A DNA stretch of 64,000 bases from Eledone cirrhosa. Lineage: Eukaryota. Shown one piece after another: positions 1 through 16,516 of this stretch (position 1 is the stretch's first letter; each line of letters begins with the position of its first letter). The notes under the pieces were generated by a model, which searched no databases, was not told the DNA's origin, and saw only the letters and a program-made list of their open reading frames with translations. The position numbers were made by a program, and so were the translations under genes. The DNA lies in assembly GCA_964016885.1 (NCBI GenBank), contig OZ024749.1:16368001-16432000 (forward strand), in the 5' to 3' direction.

Positions 1-3000
1 CACCACACCACCACTAACACACCACTACCACTAACAACACCACTACCACTAACAACACCACTACCACTAACAACACCACTACCACTAACACCACCACCAC
101 CACTAACACCACCACCACCACTAACAACACCACTACCACTAACAACACCACTACCACAAAACACCACCACCACCACCACCACCACTAACAACACCAATAC
201 CACTAACAACCCACAACACCACCACCACCACTAACAACACCACTACCACAACACCACTACCACTACAACACCACTACCACTAACAACACCACTACCACTA
301 ACAACACCACCACCACCACCACCACTAACAACAACACTAACACACCACTACCACTAACACACCACTACCACTAACACCACAACTACCACTAACAACACCA
401 CTACCACTAACAACACCACCACCACTAACAACACCATAACCACTAACAACACCACTACCACTACAACACCACTACCACTAACAACACCACTACCACTAAC
501 ACCACCACTACCACTAACACACCACTACCACTAACAACACCACTACCACTAACAACACCACTACCACTAACAACACCACTACACAACCACCACTACCACT
601 AACACCACACTACCACTAACAACACCACCACACTAACAACACCACTACCACTAACAACACCACTACCACTAACAACACCACTACCACTAACACCACCACT
701 ACCACTAACAACACACCACACTAACAACACCACTAACACCACCACTACCACTAAAAACACCACTACCACTAACACCACCACTAGCACTAACAACACCACC
801 ACACTAACAACACCACTAACACCACCACTACCACTAACACCACCACTACCACTAACACCACCACTACCACTAACACCACCACTACCACTAACAACACCAC
901 TACCACTAACAGCACACTACCACTAACAACACCACTACACTAACAACACCACCACCACTAACAACACCACTACCACTAACAACACCACTACCACTAACAA
1001 CACCACTACCACTAACAAAACCACCACCACAAACAACACCACTACCACTAACACCACCACTACCACTACACCACCACTACCACTAACACCACCACTACCA
1101 CTAACACCACCACTACCACTAACACCACCACTACGACTAACAACACCACTACCACTAACAACACCACTACCACTAACAACACCACCACCACTAACAACAC
1201 CACTAACACCACCACTACCACTAACAACACCACTACCACTAACAACACCACCACGACTAACAACACCACTAACACCACCACTACCACTAACAACACCACT
1301 ACCACTAACACCACCACTACCACTAACACCACCACTAACACTAACAACACCACTACCACTAGCAACACCACTACCACTAACACCACCACTACCACTAACA
1401 GCACCACCACCACTAACAACACCACTAACACCACCACTACCACTAAACAACCACTACCACTACACACCACCACTACCACTAACAACACCACTACCACTAA
1501 CAACACCACAACAACCACCACCACTAACAACACCACTAACACCACCACTACCACTAACAACACCACTACCACTAACAACACCACCACCACTAACAACACC
1601 ACTACCACTAACAACACACCACCACCAACACCACTAACAACACCACTAACACACCAGTACCACTAACAACACCACTACCATAACAACACCACCACCACTA
1701 ACAACACCACCACCACTAACACCACCACCACCACTAACAACACCACTAACACCACCACCACCACTAACAACACCACTTCCACTAACAACACCACTACCAC
1801 TAACACACCACTAACAACACCACTACCACTAACAACACCACTACCACAACAACACACACCACTAACAACACCACTACCACTACACCACCACCACCACTAC
1901 AACACCACTACCACTAACAACAACACCACCACTAACAACACCACTACCACTAACACCACCACTACCACTAACACACCACTACCACTAACACACCACTAAC
2001 ACCACCACCACCACTAACAACACCACCACCACTAACACCACCACACCACTAACAACACCACTACCACTAACAACACCACTAACACCACCACCACCACTAA
2101 CAACACCACTACCACTAACACCACCACCACCACTAACAACACCACTACCACTAACACCACCACCACCACTAACACACCACTACCACTAACACCACCACTA
2201 CCACTAACACACCACTACCACTACAACACACAACACCACCACCACTAACAACACCACCACCACTAACACCACCACTACCACTAACAACACCACTACCACT
2301 AACAACACCACTAACACCACCACCACCACTAACACACCACTACCACAAACAACACCACCACTAACAACACCACTACCACTAACACCACCACCACCACTAA
2401 CAACACCACTACCACTAACAACAACACCACCACTAACAACACCACTACCACTAACACCACCACCACCACTAACAACACCACTACCACTAACAACAACACC
2501 ACCACTAACAACACCACTACCACTAACACCACCACTACCACTACCACTAACAACACCACTAAACACCACCACCACCACTAACACCACCACCACCACTAAC
2601 AACACCACCACCACTAACAACACCACTAACACCACCACCAACAACACCACCACCACTAACAACACCACTACCACTAACAACACCACTAACACCACCACCA
2701 CCACTAACAACACCACAACAACACCACTACCACTAACAACACCACCCCCACTACCACACCACAACACCACTAACACAACAACACCACACCACTACCACTA
2801 CCACACACACCACTACCACTAACAACACCACCGCCACACCACCACTAACAACACCACTAACAACACCACTACCACTAACACCACCACTACCACTAACAAC
2901 ACCACCACCACCACCACCACTAACAACACCACTAACAACACCACTACCACTACACACCACTACCACTAACAACACCACCACCACCACCACCACCACTAAC

Positions 3001-5960
3001 AACACCACTAACAACACCACTACCACTAACACCACCACCACCACTAACAACACCACTACAACACCACAACAACACCACTACCACTAACAACTCCACTACC
3101 ACTAACAACACCACACCACCACCACCTAACAACACCACTAACAACACACCACCACCACTAACAACTCCACTACCACAACACCACCACTAACAACACCACT
3201 AACAACACCACTACCACTACACCTCCACTACCACTAACAACACCACCACCACCACCACCACTAACAACACCACACAACACACACCACTAACAACACCACT
3301 ACCACTACACCACCACTACCACAACACCACCACACACCACACCACTAACAACACCACTACCACTAACACACCACCACCACCACCACCACCACCACTAACA
3401 ACACCACTAACAACACCACTACCACAACAACACCACTACCACTAACACCACCACTAACAACACCACTAACAACACCACTACCACAACACCCACTACCACA
3501 ACACCACCACTACAACACCACTACCACAACACCACCACACCACTAACAACACCACCACCACCACCCCACTAACAACACCACTAACAACACCACTAACACA
3601 CCACTACCACTAACAACACCACCACCACCACCACCACTAACAACACCACTAACAACACCACTAACAACTCCACTACCACTAACAACACCACCACCACCAC
3701 CACCACTACACACCACAAACAACACCACTACCACTAACAACTCCACTACCACTAACAACACCACCACCACCACCACCACTAACAACACCACTAACAACAC
3801 CACTACCACTACACACCCACAACCACAACAACCCACTACCACTAACACCACCACTAACAACACCACTACCACTAACAACACCACTACCACTAACACACCA
3901 CCACCACCACCACCACTAACAACACCACTAACAACACCACAACCACTAACACCACACTACCACTAACAACCACCACTACCACTAACAACACCACTACCAC
4001 TAACAACACCACCACCACCAACACCACTAACAACACCACTAACACCACCACTAACAACACCACTACCACTACAACACCACTACCACAACACCACCACCAC
4101 CACCACCACCACACCACACCACTAACAACACCACTACCACAACACCACCACTACCACTAACAACACCACTACCACTAACAACACCACTACCACTAACAAC
4201 ACCACCACCACCACCACCACTAACAACACACTAACACCACCACTAACAACACCACTACCACTAACAACACCACCACCACCACCACCACTAACAACACCAC
4301 TAACAACACCACTACCACTAACAACTCCACTACCACTAACAACACCACCACCACCACCACCACTAACAACACCACCACCACCACCACTAACAACACCACT
4401 AACAACACCACTAACAACTCCACTACCACTAACACCACCACCACCACCACCACCACTAACAACACCACTAACACACCACTACCACTAACAACACCACTAC
4501 CACTAACAACACCACTACCACTAACAACACCACCACCACCACCACCACTAACAACACCACTAACAACACCACCACCACCACCACCACCACTAACAACACC
4601 ACTAACAACACCACTACCACTAACAACACCACTACCACTAACAACACCACTACCACTAACAACACCACTACCACTAACAACACCACTAACAACACCACTA
4701 CCACTAACAACACCACTACCACTAACAACACCACTACCACTAACAACACCACTACCACTAACAACTCCACTACCACTAACACCACCACTACCACTAACAA
4801 CACCACCACCACCACCACCACTAACAACACCACTAACAACACCACTACCACTAACAACACCACTACCACTAACAACACCACTACCACTAACAACACCACT
4901 ACCACTAACAACACCACTACCACTAACAACACCACTAACACCACCACTACAACTAACAACACCACCACCACCACCACCACTAACAACACCACTAACAACA
5001 CCACTACCACTAACACCACCACTACAACTAACAACACCACCACCACCACCACCACTAACAACACCACTAACAACACCACTACCACTACAACACCACTACC
5101 ACTAACAACACCACTAACAACACCACTACCACTAACAACACCACTACCACTAACAACACCACTAACAACACCACTACCACTAACAACACCACTACCACTA
5201 ACAACACCACTACCACTAACAACACCACTACCACTAACAACACCACTACCACTAACAACACCACCACCACTAACAACACCACTACCACTAACAACACCAC
5301 CACCACTAACAACACCACTACCACTAACAACACCACTACCACTAACAACACCACTAACACCACCACTACAACTAACAACACCACCACCACCACCACCACC
5401 ACTAACAACACCACTACCACTAACAACACCACTACCACTAACACCACCACTACCACTAACAACACCACCACGACCACCACCACTAACAACACCACTAACA
5501 ACACCACTACCACTAACAACACCACTACCACTAACACCACCACTACCACTAACAACACCACTAACAACACCACTAACAACACCACCACCACTAACAACAC
5601 CTCTACCACTAACAACACCACCACCACTAACAACACCACTACCACTAACAACACCACTAACAACACCACCACCACTAACAACACCTCTACCACTAACAAC
5701 ACCACTACCACTAACAACACCACTAACAACACCACCACCACTAACAACACCACCACCACTAACAACACCACCACCACTAACAACACCACCACCACTAACA
5801 ACACCACTACCACTAACACTACCACTAACAACACCACCACCACTAACAACACCACTACCACTAACAACAACACTAACAACACCACCACTACTAACAACAC
5901 CACTACCACTAACAACACCACTACCACAATCACCAACACCAACAACAGTACCTCCTCCAA
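1..5960. repeat. Degenerate ACC/ACT/AAC satellite, commonest unit CCACTAACAACACCACTA (18 bp)
   Basis: Almost G-free + strand built from ACC/ACT/AAC triplets. Many single-base dropouts before ~4450; cleaner afterwards. Confidence 0.95.
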
Positions 5961-6051
5961 TTTGGCACCTGACCAGAAACATTCCCGCCATATTCACAGG
6001 AATACTGTAGCAATGTATGAATTACATGGTAGGTGTATAATTAGTACACTA

Positions 6052-7223
<1,172 letters not shown>

Positions 7224-8235
7224 TATTTAGAAACACACAGATACATGCGGACACACACATATATACATGAATGCGTCAGCACCCAACTGTGAGTTAAGGG
7301 TGCCAACTTCACCGATGTTGCTCAATGAATGACTGGGATAGACCAATTCAGTTGAACTAGACTGAACCAGTATCAGAGTTAAAAATACATTATGAAGAGA
7401 GAAGAAATAATTTAGATATAATTAGTAATAAAATGTATCATACCTAAACTGCTCCTAAATTCCTCGACTACGTAGTTTCGTGGCATAAACAAAAACAATA
7501 TATCATAAAGATATAGAGTCCTTGCGAGGTCTGCCGACTTATCAAGAGGATACCTCATTTTACTAGTCTCAAGAACGCGTCTACACGACGTGAGAAAGAA
7601 TCCCAAAAGGCGGAGGGGGAGACAGTCACGCGATATAACGGTCGAGAAACAGAGCTAAGCCTCTTATAACCCCGAAGAAAATACCACGGAGGCGGAGGGG
7701 GTATTTATATCGAGGCCGCAGAAGAGGGGGTGAAGAAGGCGAGAAGTATGAGTAATGGAAGCTTTCCAGCTGTCCCCAGACTTCAAAGATTGCTCGACCA
7801 GAGGGAGTTATTAACAATATATTTAGAAACACACAGATACATGCGGACACAGCTGGAAAGCTTCCATTACTCATACTTCTCGCCTTCTTCATCCCTCTTC
7901 TGCGGCCTCGATATAAATACCCCCTCCGCCTCCGTGGTATTTTCTTCGGGGTTATAAGAGGCTTAGCTCTGTTTCTCGACCGTTATATCGCGTGACTGTC
8001 TCCCCCTCCGCCTTTTGGGATTCTTTCTCACGTCGTGTAGACGCGTTCTGGAGACTAGTAAAATGAGGTATCCTCTTGATAAGTCGGCAGACCTCGCAAG
8101 TACTCTATATCTTTATGATATATTGTTTTTGTTTATGCCACGAAACTACGTAGTCGAGGAATTTAGGAGCAGTTTAGGTATGATACATTTTATTACTAAT
8201 TATATCTAAATTATTTCTTCTCTCTTCATAATGTA
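7224..8235 (-). mobile_element. Non-coding hammerhead-bearing foldback element (PLE-dependent/retrozyme-like), ~595-nt monomer
   Basis: Inverted arms 7387-7773 and 7849-8235. Sequence at 7225 recurs at 7821 (596-bp period). Flanked by (TA)n. Second copy at 60821-61845. Confidence 0.8.
8071..8160 (+). ncRNA. Type I hammerhead ribozyme motif, U3-A8 core variant
   Basis: TCCTC-TTGATAA-GTCGGCA...TGCCAC-GAAA-CTACGTAG-TC|GAGGA. Stem I is TCCTC/GAGGA, stem III is palindromic, cleavage triplet is GUC. Mirror copy on - strand at ~7461-7550. Confidence 0.7.
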
Positions 8236-8960
8236 TATATAAATGTATATATATATTATATATATATACATATATATATATAGTTATATATATAGACATA
8301 TATAGTTATATATATATTCATATATATATATATATATAGTTATATGTATATGTGTATGTGCATATATATATATATGTATATATATGCGTGCGTGTGTGCA
8401 TATAGGTGTGTATATAGGTATGTATACGCACGTGTCCTGTATTTAGTATATATCGATTTACTGCGTATAGATCTAAGTATATGTTAATCAGTACAATATG
8501 AACGTGTATATATATATATATATATATACATACACACACATATATACACACATACACACACATATATATATACACACACACACACATATATATACACTCA
8601 CACACATATATACACACACACACATACACACACACACACATACACAAACACACATATATAGATATATATATATATATATACACATACATACACAGATACC
8701 TACATACGTACATACATAAATACATACATAAGAATGTATATTTAGTCTAGCTGTGAATTTGTTATATAATTCTTCTTGCTTGTCCGTGAGTATATACACA
8801 CACACACACACACACACACATACACACACATACACACACACACACACATAAAGAGAGAGAGAGAGGGGGTATAAACCAATACATGGTTGAGTGCAGAGAC
8901 GACGCAATATATTAATGTTGTATTAACAGGGTTTTAGTTTCAATGCTATACTAGAATTCT

Positions 8961-9022
<62 letters not shown>

Positions 9023-9037
9023 TGTGTAGATAGATTG

Positions 9038-9078
<41 letters not shown>

Positions 9079-9091
9079 TGTGTAGATAGAT

Positions 9092-9175
<84 letters not shown>

Positions 9176-9188
9176 TGTGTAGATAGAT

Positions 9189-9233
<45 letters not shown>

Positions 9234-9235
9234 AC

Positions 9236-9281
<46 letters not shown>

Positions 9282-9373
9282 ACCTTTATATATATATATA
9301 TATATATACTACAGAATATATCAATAGATTTTTAGCCAACATTGTATATATAGACTGATGTAAACACCTTCTC

Positions 9374-9425
<52 letters not shown>

Positions 9426-9558
9426 GATATATAGATATATATGTGCAGATATATATATATATATATGTTTGTATAAATGTACCTTATATATATATATTGA
9501 GATTTTTAGCCAACATTGTATGTATACACAAATGTAACCACTGTCTGTAAAAAAAAAA

Positions 9559-9599
<41 letters not shown>

Positions 9600-9868
9600 A
9601 TATGCGTATATATATATATATATATATGTATATAAAAATACATATGTATATATATATTTATATGTACCATATATATATATATATTTATATGTACCATATA
9701 TATATATTTATATGTACCATATATATATATATATTTATATGTACCATATATATATATATATTTATATGTACCATATATATATATATATTTATATGTACCA
9801 TATATATATATTTATATGTACCATATATATATATATTTATATGTACCATATATATATATTTATATGTA

Positions 9869-9924
<56 letters not shown>

Positions 9925-10125
9925 ATATAAAAATACATATGTATATATATATATTTATATGTATCATATATATATATTGAGATTTTTAGCCAACATTGTA
10001 TATATTCACAAATGTAACCACTATGTCTGTAAAAAATAAAATATATATAGAAACGATCGTTAAATAATGAACTTTTTTTGTTTAATATAAGGAACTGTTT
10101 CATTGTTTTATTCATTATTTTTTTA

Positions 10126-10180
<55 letters not shown>

Positions 10181-10183
<3 letters not shown>

Positions 10184-10358
10184 GAGGTTATATTTAACTT
10201 GTTGGGACACAACAAGCAAAATATTTTTATAACTGATATAAAGCACTCAACAAATTATTGGTGTAAATATACAATATATTCTCTGGTGGCCCTTGAAATA
10301 TGTATAATGAAATAAATATGGTTTTATAAATATAGTTTCCATTTCTTAATATATTGTA
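10181..10358. mobile_element. PLE 3'-terminal (pLTR) fragment with internal inversion
   Basis: Matches the terminus of the GIY-YIG element at 57436-60142. The two halves are in opposite orientation. Left end abuts (TA)n. Confidence 0.75.
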
Positions 10359-10360
10359 TA

Positions 10361-11184
10361 TGAGGCATATGGACCTTAAAGCGATGAAATGCCTGGGACG
10401 GTTGGAGGGTCACTGATGAAGGACTTACCTTTTCATATGCCCCACCATTTGCAACGTGCAGCCATTATTATCATATTTACACATAATTTTTCTTCTGCTG
10501 CCACTCGTCTGTTCGTTACCTTTTACCCTTTCTAGCAGTCTCTCTCTCTGTTAGCCTCCTCCTCAACTTTCACTCACTCATTCTCTGTCACTACCTCTCC
10601 TCCTCCTCTTTCTTCCTCCTCCTTCAAGTTTGACCTGTGTGTAATTCTTTTCTCGCGCGGTCTTGACCAAGCTGGTATGGAAATTTTTTTCTCTCTCTCT
10701 CTTTCGTCTGCGACTTCACAAAACTTATGTTTACCGAATTCGTAGACCAGACCCCTTTATCTTCTTCTTCTTCTTCTTCTTCTTCTTCTTCTTCTTCTTC
10801 TTCTTCTTCTTCTTCTTCTTCTTCTTCTTCTTCTTCTTCTTCTCTCTCCCCCCCCCCGTTAGACTTGTGCGAAATTCTTTCCTTGCTCACATTTCAACCA
10901 GGTTTGATGGTCTTTTGTCTCTTGTTCACGATTTCACCGAGTTTATATTCATAGAGATCTGGGACTTGTCTATTTCTTCTCACTTTCCGTTGCTTAAACC
11001 TTTTTGTTTGTTACCCTGGCGTCCCCTTTCTTTACGTGTCCCAACGACTTTTTTTAGCCGTTGTTCGCACCAACCTGAGGCATATGGCCCTTAAAGCGAT
11101 GAAATGCCTGGGACGGTTGGAGGGTCACTGATGAAGGACTTACCTTTTCATATGCCCCACCATTTGCAACGTGCAGCCATTATT

Positions 11185-11188
<4 letters not shown>
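10361..11188 (+). mobile_element. Non-coding element with 113-bp direct terminal repeats (partial tandem, 715-bp period)
   Basis: 10361-10473 is nearly identical to 11076-11188. Pyrimidine-rich interior with (TTC)n. Ends in (TA)n. Related to 63345-64000. Confidence 0.75.
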
Positions 11189-11218
<30 letters not shown>

Positions 11219-11281
11219 TACACATGTATACATATATGCATACACAGAGAGAGAGAAAGAGAGAGAGGGGGGAGTCAGAGC

Positions 11282-11343
<62 letters not shown>

Positions 11344-11494
11344 CTGATTACTATAGTGATATATCTATAGATAAATATAGATATATCACTCTGTGTATGG
11401 ACTTATAAACACTTTGTATATTGTGTATCTTCGTGGCAGGGACTGGGGGTTAAAGTGGGTGAGGTTTAATCATTACATCCTATGTTGGGATTTC

Positions 11495-13108
11495 AACAAC
11501 AATACTAAACCTATAATAGCAACAACAACAATACCAACACCAGCAACAACACTAACAACACCGCCAACCATAACACCAACACAAAAAAACACCCACGTTG
11601 ACCACAACACCAACATAAACAACACCATCATCAACAACATCTCCAACATCAACAATAGCAACAACAACACTAACAACGACACCAACAACGACACCAACAA
11701 CACTAACAACAATGTCAACAACACCAACAACACCACCAACATAATCAATAGCAACAACAACACTAACAACACTAACAACAACAACACTAACAACACTACC
11801 AACACTAACAACAACACCAACAACAACACTACTAACACTAACAACAATGTCAACCACAACACCAACAACACCACCAACACTAACAATAGCAACAACAAAG
11901 CTAACAACATCAACTACAACACCAACAGCAATACTACCAACACCACCACTACCAACACCACCAGCACTACCAACAACACCACTACTACCAACACCACCAC
12001 TACCAACACTACCACCACTACCACCACTACCAACACCACCAGCACTACCAACAACACCACTACTACCAACACCACCACTACCAACACTACCACCACTACC
12101 ACCACTACCAACACCACCAGCACTACCAACAACACCACTACTACCAACACCACCACTACCAACACTACCAACACTACCACCACTACTACCACTACCAACA
12201 CCACCAGCACTACCAACAACACCACTACTACCAACACCACCACTACTAACACTACCACCACTACCACCACTACCAACACCACCAGCACTACCAACAACAC
12301 CACTACTACCAACACCACCACTACCAACACTACCACCACTACCACCACTACCAACACCACCACTACTACCAACACCACTACTACCAACACTACCACCACT
12401 ACCACCACTACCAACACCACCAGCACTACCAACAACACCACTACTACCAACACCACCACTACCACCACTATCACAATACCACCACTACCAACAACACCAC
12501 CACTACCACAATACCACCACTACCAACACCACCACCATTACCACAATACCACCACTACCAACAACACCACCAACAACACCACCACTACCACAATACCACC
12601 ACTACCACCAACACCACCAACACTACCAACAATACCACCACTACCAACACTACCACCACTACCAACACCACCACCACTACCACCAACACCACCACTACCA
12701 ACAATACCACCACTACCAAAACTACCACCACCACGTCTACCAACAACACCACTACCAACACTACCACTACCACAATACCACCACTACCACCAACACCACC
12801 ACTACCACAATACCACCACTACCAACACTACCAACAACACCACCACTACCAACACCACCACCACTACCACCAACACCACCACTACCATAATACCACCACT
12901 ACCACCAACACCACCACTACCACCACCACCACTACCACCAGCACCACCACTACCACAATACCACCACTACCAACACCACCACCACTACCAACACTACCAC
13001 CAACACCACCACTACCACAATACCACCACTACCACCAACACCACCACCACCACTACCACCAACACCATCAACAACACCACCACTACCAACACCACTACCA
13101 ACATCAAC
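11495..13108. repeat. AAC/ACC/ACT low-complexity satellite with internal tandem units
   Basis: Direct reading; repeated TTTTNTTSTTNN-type units in the translation. Confidence 0.9.
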
Positions 13109-13606
13109 AGCTCCTGTTATTGTAGAAGTCTAATATTTCACAAGAATTTCCTATTTCTGCTCACTTCGCGCCAACACCGGAAACCGTCCGAACATTTCCG
13201 AACAGAAGAATGGTATTGTATCTATGTATGAGTGTATGTATATATATATGTGTGTGTGTATATATATATATTGTGTGTGTGTCTCTGTGTGTCTCTGTGT
13301 CTATGTGTCCGTGTCTGTATGTGTGAAAAGTAAACAGAAATAACAAATCAAATGACACAGAACAATGAAGAAATATATTAGTTTAACGCTTGAAATAATA
13401 GGAAAAGTGATTTAAGGTTTCGGACACGAGTCTTTCATCAGAAAATTGTATGAGTAATAAAAGATGATATAGAAAGATAAAAAGTGAGGAGAGAAAGGAA
13501 CGGGGGAGAAAATGAGACAAAGCACACAAGCGTATTCAGTCAGCCATTTTGGAATATATATAGTTATACATATATATTATACATACATACACACACGGAT
13601 ACACAC

Positions 13607-13693
<87 letters not shown>

Positions 13694-13765
13694 CTTAATA
13701 TTTACACTTTGTACTGCCTCTTCGCTTCGTTGTTGTTTTTTTTTTTGTTTTCTGTTTTAACTATA

Positions 13766-13833
<68 letters not shown>

Positions 13834-13834
13834 A

Positions 13835-13990
13835 TTTCTTTATTACCCACAAGGGCACAAAAGAAGGGGACAAATACAAATGGAGAGTTTACATACAGGT
13901 ATATGAAAATAAAACTATTAATACAATAACAAATAACAATTGAAATCCCCAAAAGGGGGGAGGTGTTACACAGGGGTTGTACACACCGCG
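13835..13990 (-). mobile_element. 3' end fragment of the Tx1/L1-type LINE, abutting (GATA)n
   Basis: Similar to 52009-52160 (TTTCTTTATT...AAAAGAAGGG(G)ACAAATACAAA...GAGTTTACATA). Confidence 0.75.
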
Positions 13991-14358
13991 ATAGCCGGCT
14001 GAGAACAAAATACCTGTTGACGAAATGGCTACCTTGTTCGATCGTTATACCAAAAGCTTACAACGAAAGCAGGCAGTATAATTGATTTAGAAGTCGCAGA
14101 AACCTCCCACTGGATTTTACCAACACAGGAGGTCCAGGTAAATCCTTTTGTTAACCTGTTAAGCTTGCTTCGTTTTTTTTGGCTCCGGTGGCTGATGGCT
14201 TCACGACCACTGTTTTCATTTTATCTGGCCTTTATAATGTGTGTTAATTGCTCTGGTCTTCTTTTAGTCCATTGAGTGCTTGCCGCATATCTTGAAGATT
14301 GCGTTTCGTTTTGTTTTTGGCCCCCGCCGTCGAAATACGATCTCGCTGAAATTATATT

Positions 14359-14421
<63 letters not shown>

Positions 14422-14769
14422 GTGTATGCGCCTATGTGTATGTGTATGCTGCCGAAAGGCTTCTAAACAGTGCGGCCTAGAGAAAAACAGATTTGATTTT
14501 TGACATCTACATCCCAAGAGGAATGTTTTTGTCTATTAGTAATCAAAAAATATAATTTGCTAAGAGAAATAACTCAACTTCAAGATCTCCAAAAATGAAT
14601 GTCTTTAGAAGCCGCCATCATTTCTATCAACAAAAATATCCATTAATGCACGAAGTGAAAATGTGACAGCTAGCCAATCAGATTAGTGAATGTGTTTTTT
14701 TTTGTTTTTGTTCTTTTTTTATATACCGTCTTTCGATTTCATATTGTTAATGTGTGCATGACTTTTCGT

Positions 14770-14890
14770 TGCAGCGTGGTTTAGTGATTAAAATATTCGA
14801 CTCCTGATCGTAAAATTGTGAGTTCGATTCCCCCAGACAGCGCGTTGTGTCCTTGAGCAAGACACTTTATTTCGTGTTGTTCTAGCCCAC
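14770..14890 (+). mobile_element. tRNA-derived SINE head (CORE/V-domain-like)
   Basis: A box TGGTTTAGTGA, B box GAGTTCGATTCC, then TTGTGTCCTTGAGCAAGACACTTTA. Confidence 0.7.
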
Positions 14891-15054
14891 TTTCCATAGA
14901 AACCACTATAGGGACTATTGACGATTCACGGAAATAGACCACGTGGTATGAATAACGGAAGACGAAGCACAGAGGAGACATGGTCTGACATGGAATAAAA
15001 AAAAATTGAAAGGCATTCTATGTTGAAAATTGCTCAGTAACGACGGGCGACTAG

Positions 15055-16288
15055 GACTGATGAAATCCGAGCTTGTTTGAAAAAATCGTCACTTTACAGT
15101 TCAATCAAAGTTTTTCAAGTCTCTATGAAAAGGACGGCATATCTTGGTGGAGACAAACAGCCAGAGCACTTCACACAAAATCTTTTGATGCTTGGGGAAG
15201 GAAGACTTTCTGTAGGTAGCAAGGGAGCTATTGATATAAGTCTCATAGGCATGATGAATAGAATCCATACCAGATCTCATAGAAAAGGTGTTCCCTAATG
15301 TTGAGAATCTGTTCACAAGTTACAAGTGGCTCAATTAAAGGGATGTTTTGGTGCCGAGAGTGAAATTGATAAGTCAAGAGCTGTTAAAAAGAATTCCAGG
15401 GTTTCGAAGCTCTATCAAACCGTCAGCATCGTGGTGGAAGTCAGAACCTGTCAATTACTGGACAGAATTCCTCAACTCTTCAGGCCCATCGGGAATGCTT
15501 CTACATGTTCTTGACCTTAAAGAAGGAGCACCCATCATGTTATTGAGTAATTTGGACCCACCCTTGTTATGCAACGGTACTCTCGATTGGTTGTAAAAAA
15601 GTTGTATCTACGTGATTCAAGCCACCATTTCAACAGGTAGTGGTATGGGAAAGGATGTGTTCATCCTAAGAATTCCTCTGATCCCCACTGATGTCCCATT
15701 TGAATTCAAACAATTTCAATTTGCAGTGAGTCTTAGTTTTGCCATGACCATCACGATATCACAAGAGCAAGCATTTTCAGTTGTTGGTTTACAGTTTGAA
15801 AAGCCTTGCTTCACCCATGGTCAGCTTTAGGTCGGATGTTTAAGAGTGGAAAGTAAGAAAAATCTTTACATCTATGCACCAAATGGAAAAACAAAACAAA
15901 AAAAAAACATCACTTATCGAGAAGTGATAAATTGCCCCAAATAATGAAGAAATCCGTCCTGATCAACAGGCCTATACATCGAAGAAAATCTTACTAAAGA
16001 AAGAAAAGGGAAAAGCATTCCTTTCATGTATAAATCTGGATACTTTTACTCCTAATAAATCAGCTTTACCTTATATTTGTTGCATTTTTTTCTTAATTAG
16101 CTTTATGATTTCCGTGTTCTTCTTACTCAACCCATCAGATAAAAAAAATTAATTCAGCTTTGTTGAAATCTGCGTCCAAATAAGTAACGGGAGATGAGGA
16201 ATGGGAAGGGAGGGTCTGACATGTAATTAAAAAATAAATTGGCATTCTATGGTGAAAATTGCCCGGCAACGACGGGCGACTCTGCTAG
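15055..16288 (+). mobile_element. Helitron remnant with canonical 3' end
   Basis: Helicase relic followed by the hairpin GCCCG-gcaacga-CGGGC and CTAG|T at 16285-16289. Confidence 0.85.
15100..15930 (+). pseudogene. Helitron PIF1-like helicase C-terminus, disrupted
   Basis: NYWTEFLNS..PSGM..H.L.LKEGAPIMLL.NL.PPLLCNGT; IPLIPTDVPFEFKQFQF..SLSFAMTI..SQ; CFTHGQL. Stops and frameshifts present. Confidence 0.9.
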
Positions 16289-16516
16289 TAATATATATAT
16301 ATATATATGAGTAAAATCGAAGTTGCAACTGCGATTGGCAGTTTTCGAAACCAATCTTGATATATATATATATAGATGTGGTTACACAACAGTTAGTTCA
16401 CCATACCGAGAACAATTGTTTCACCTGTGTAACCACTTCTACCTAACCTTGTCCCATGGACTGAGTGCTCTACCACTACGGATATTACCTTCCAGTGTTC
16501 TACCACTATATATATA

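Noticed and set aside
1-5960. Telomeric repeat
   Set aside because: CCACTAA-type units are not (CCCTAA)n and the array is heterogeneous.
599-5997. Poly-Val/Leu and GSGVV ORFs on the - strand
   Set aside because: Automatic translations of a triplet satellite; overlapping frames, alternative starts, no domain.
8015-8209. 64-aa ORF MGFFLTSCRR... present four times
   Set aside because: TTG start, overlaps the hammerhead; recurrence is explained by element duplication.
10361-11188. TRIM/LTR retrotransposon (repeats begin TG and end CA)
   Set aside because: No PBS or polypurine tract seen. The related 63-kb element extends its repeat past the TG, so the ends look incidental.
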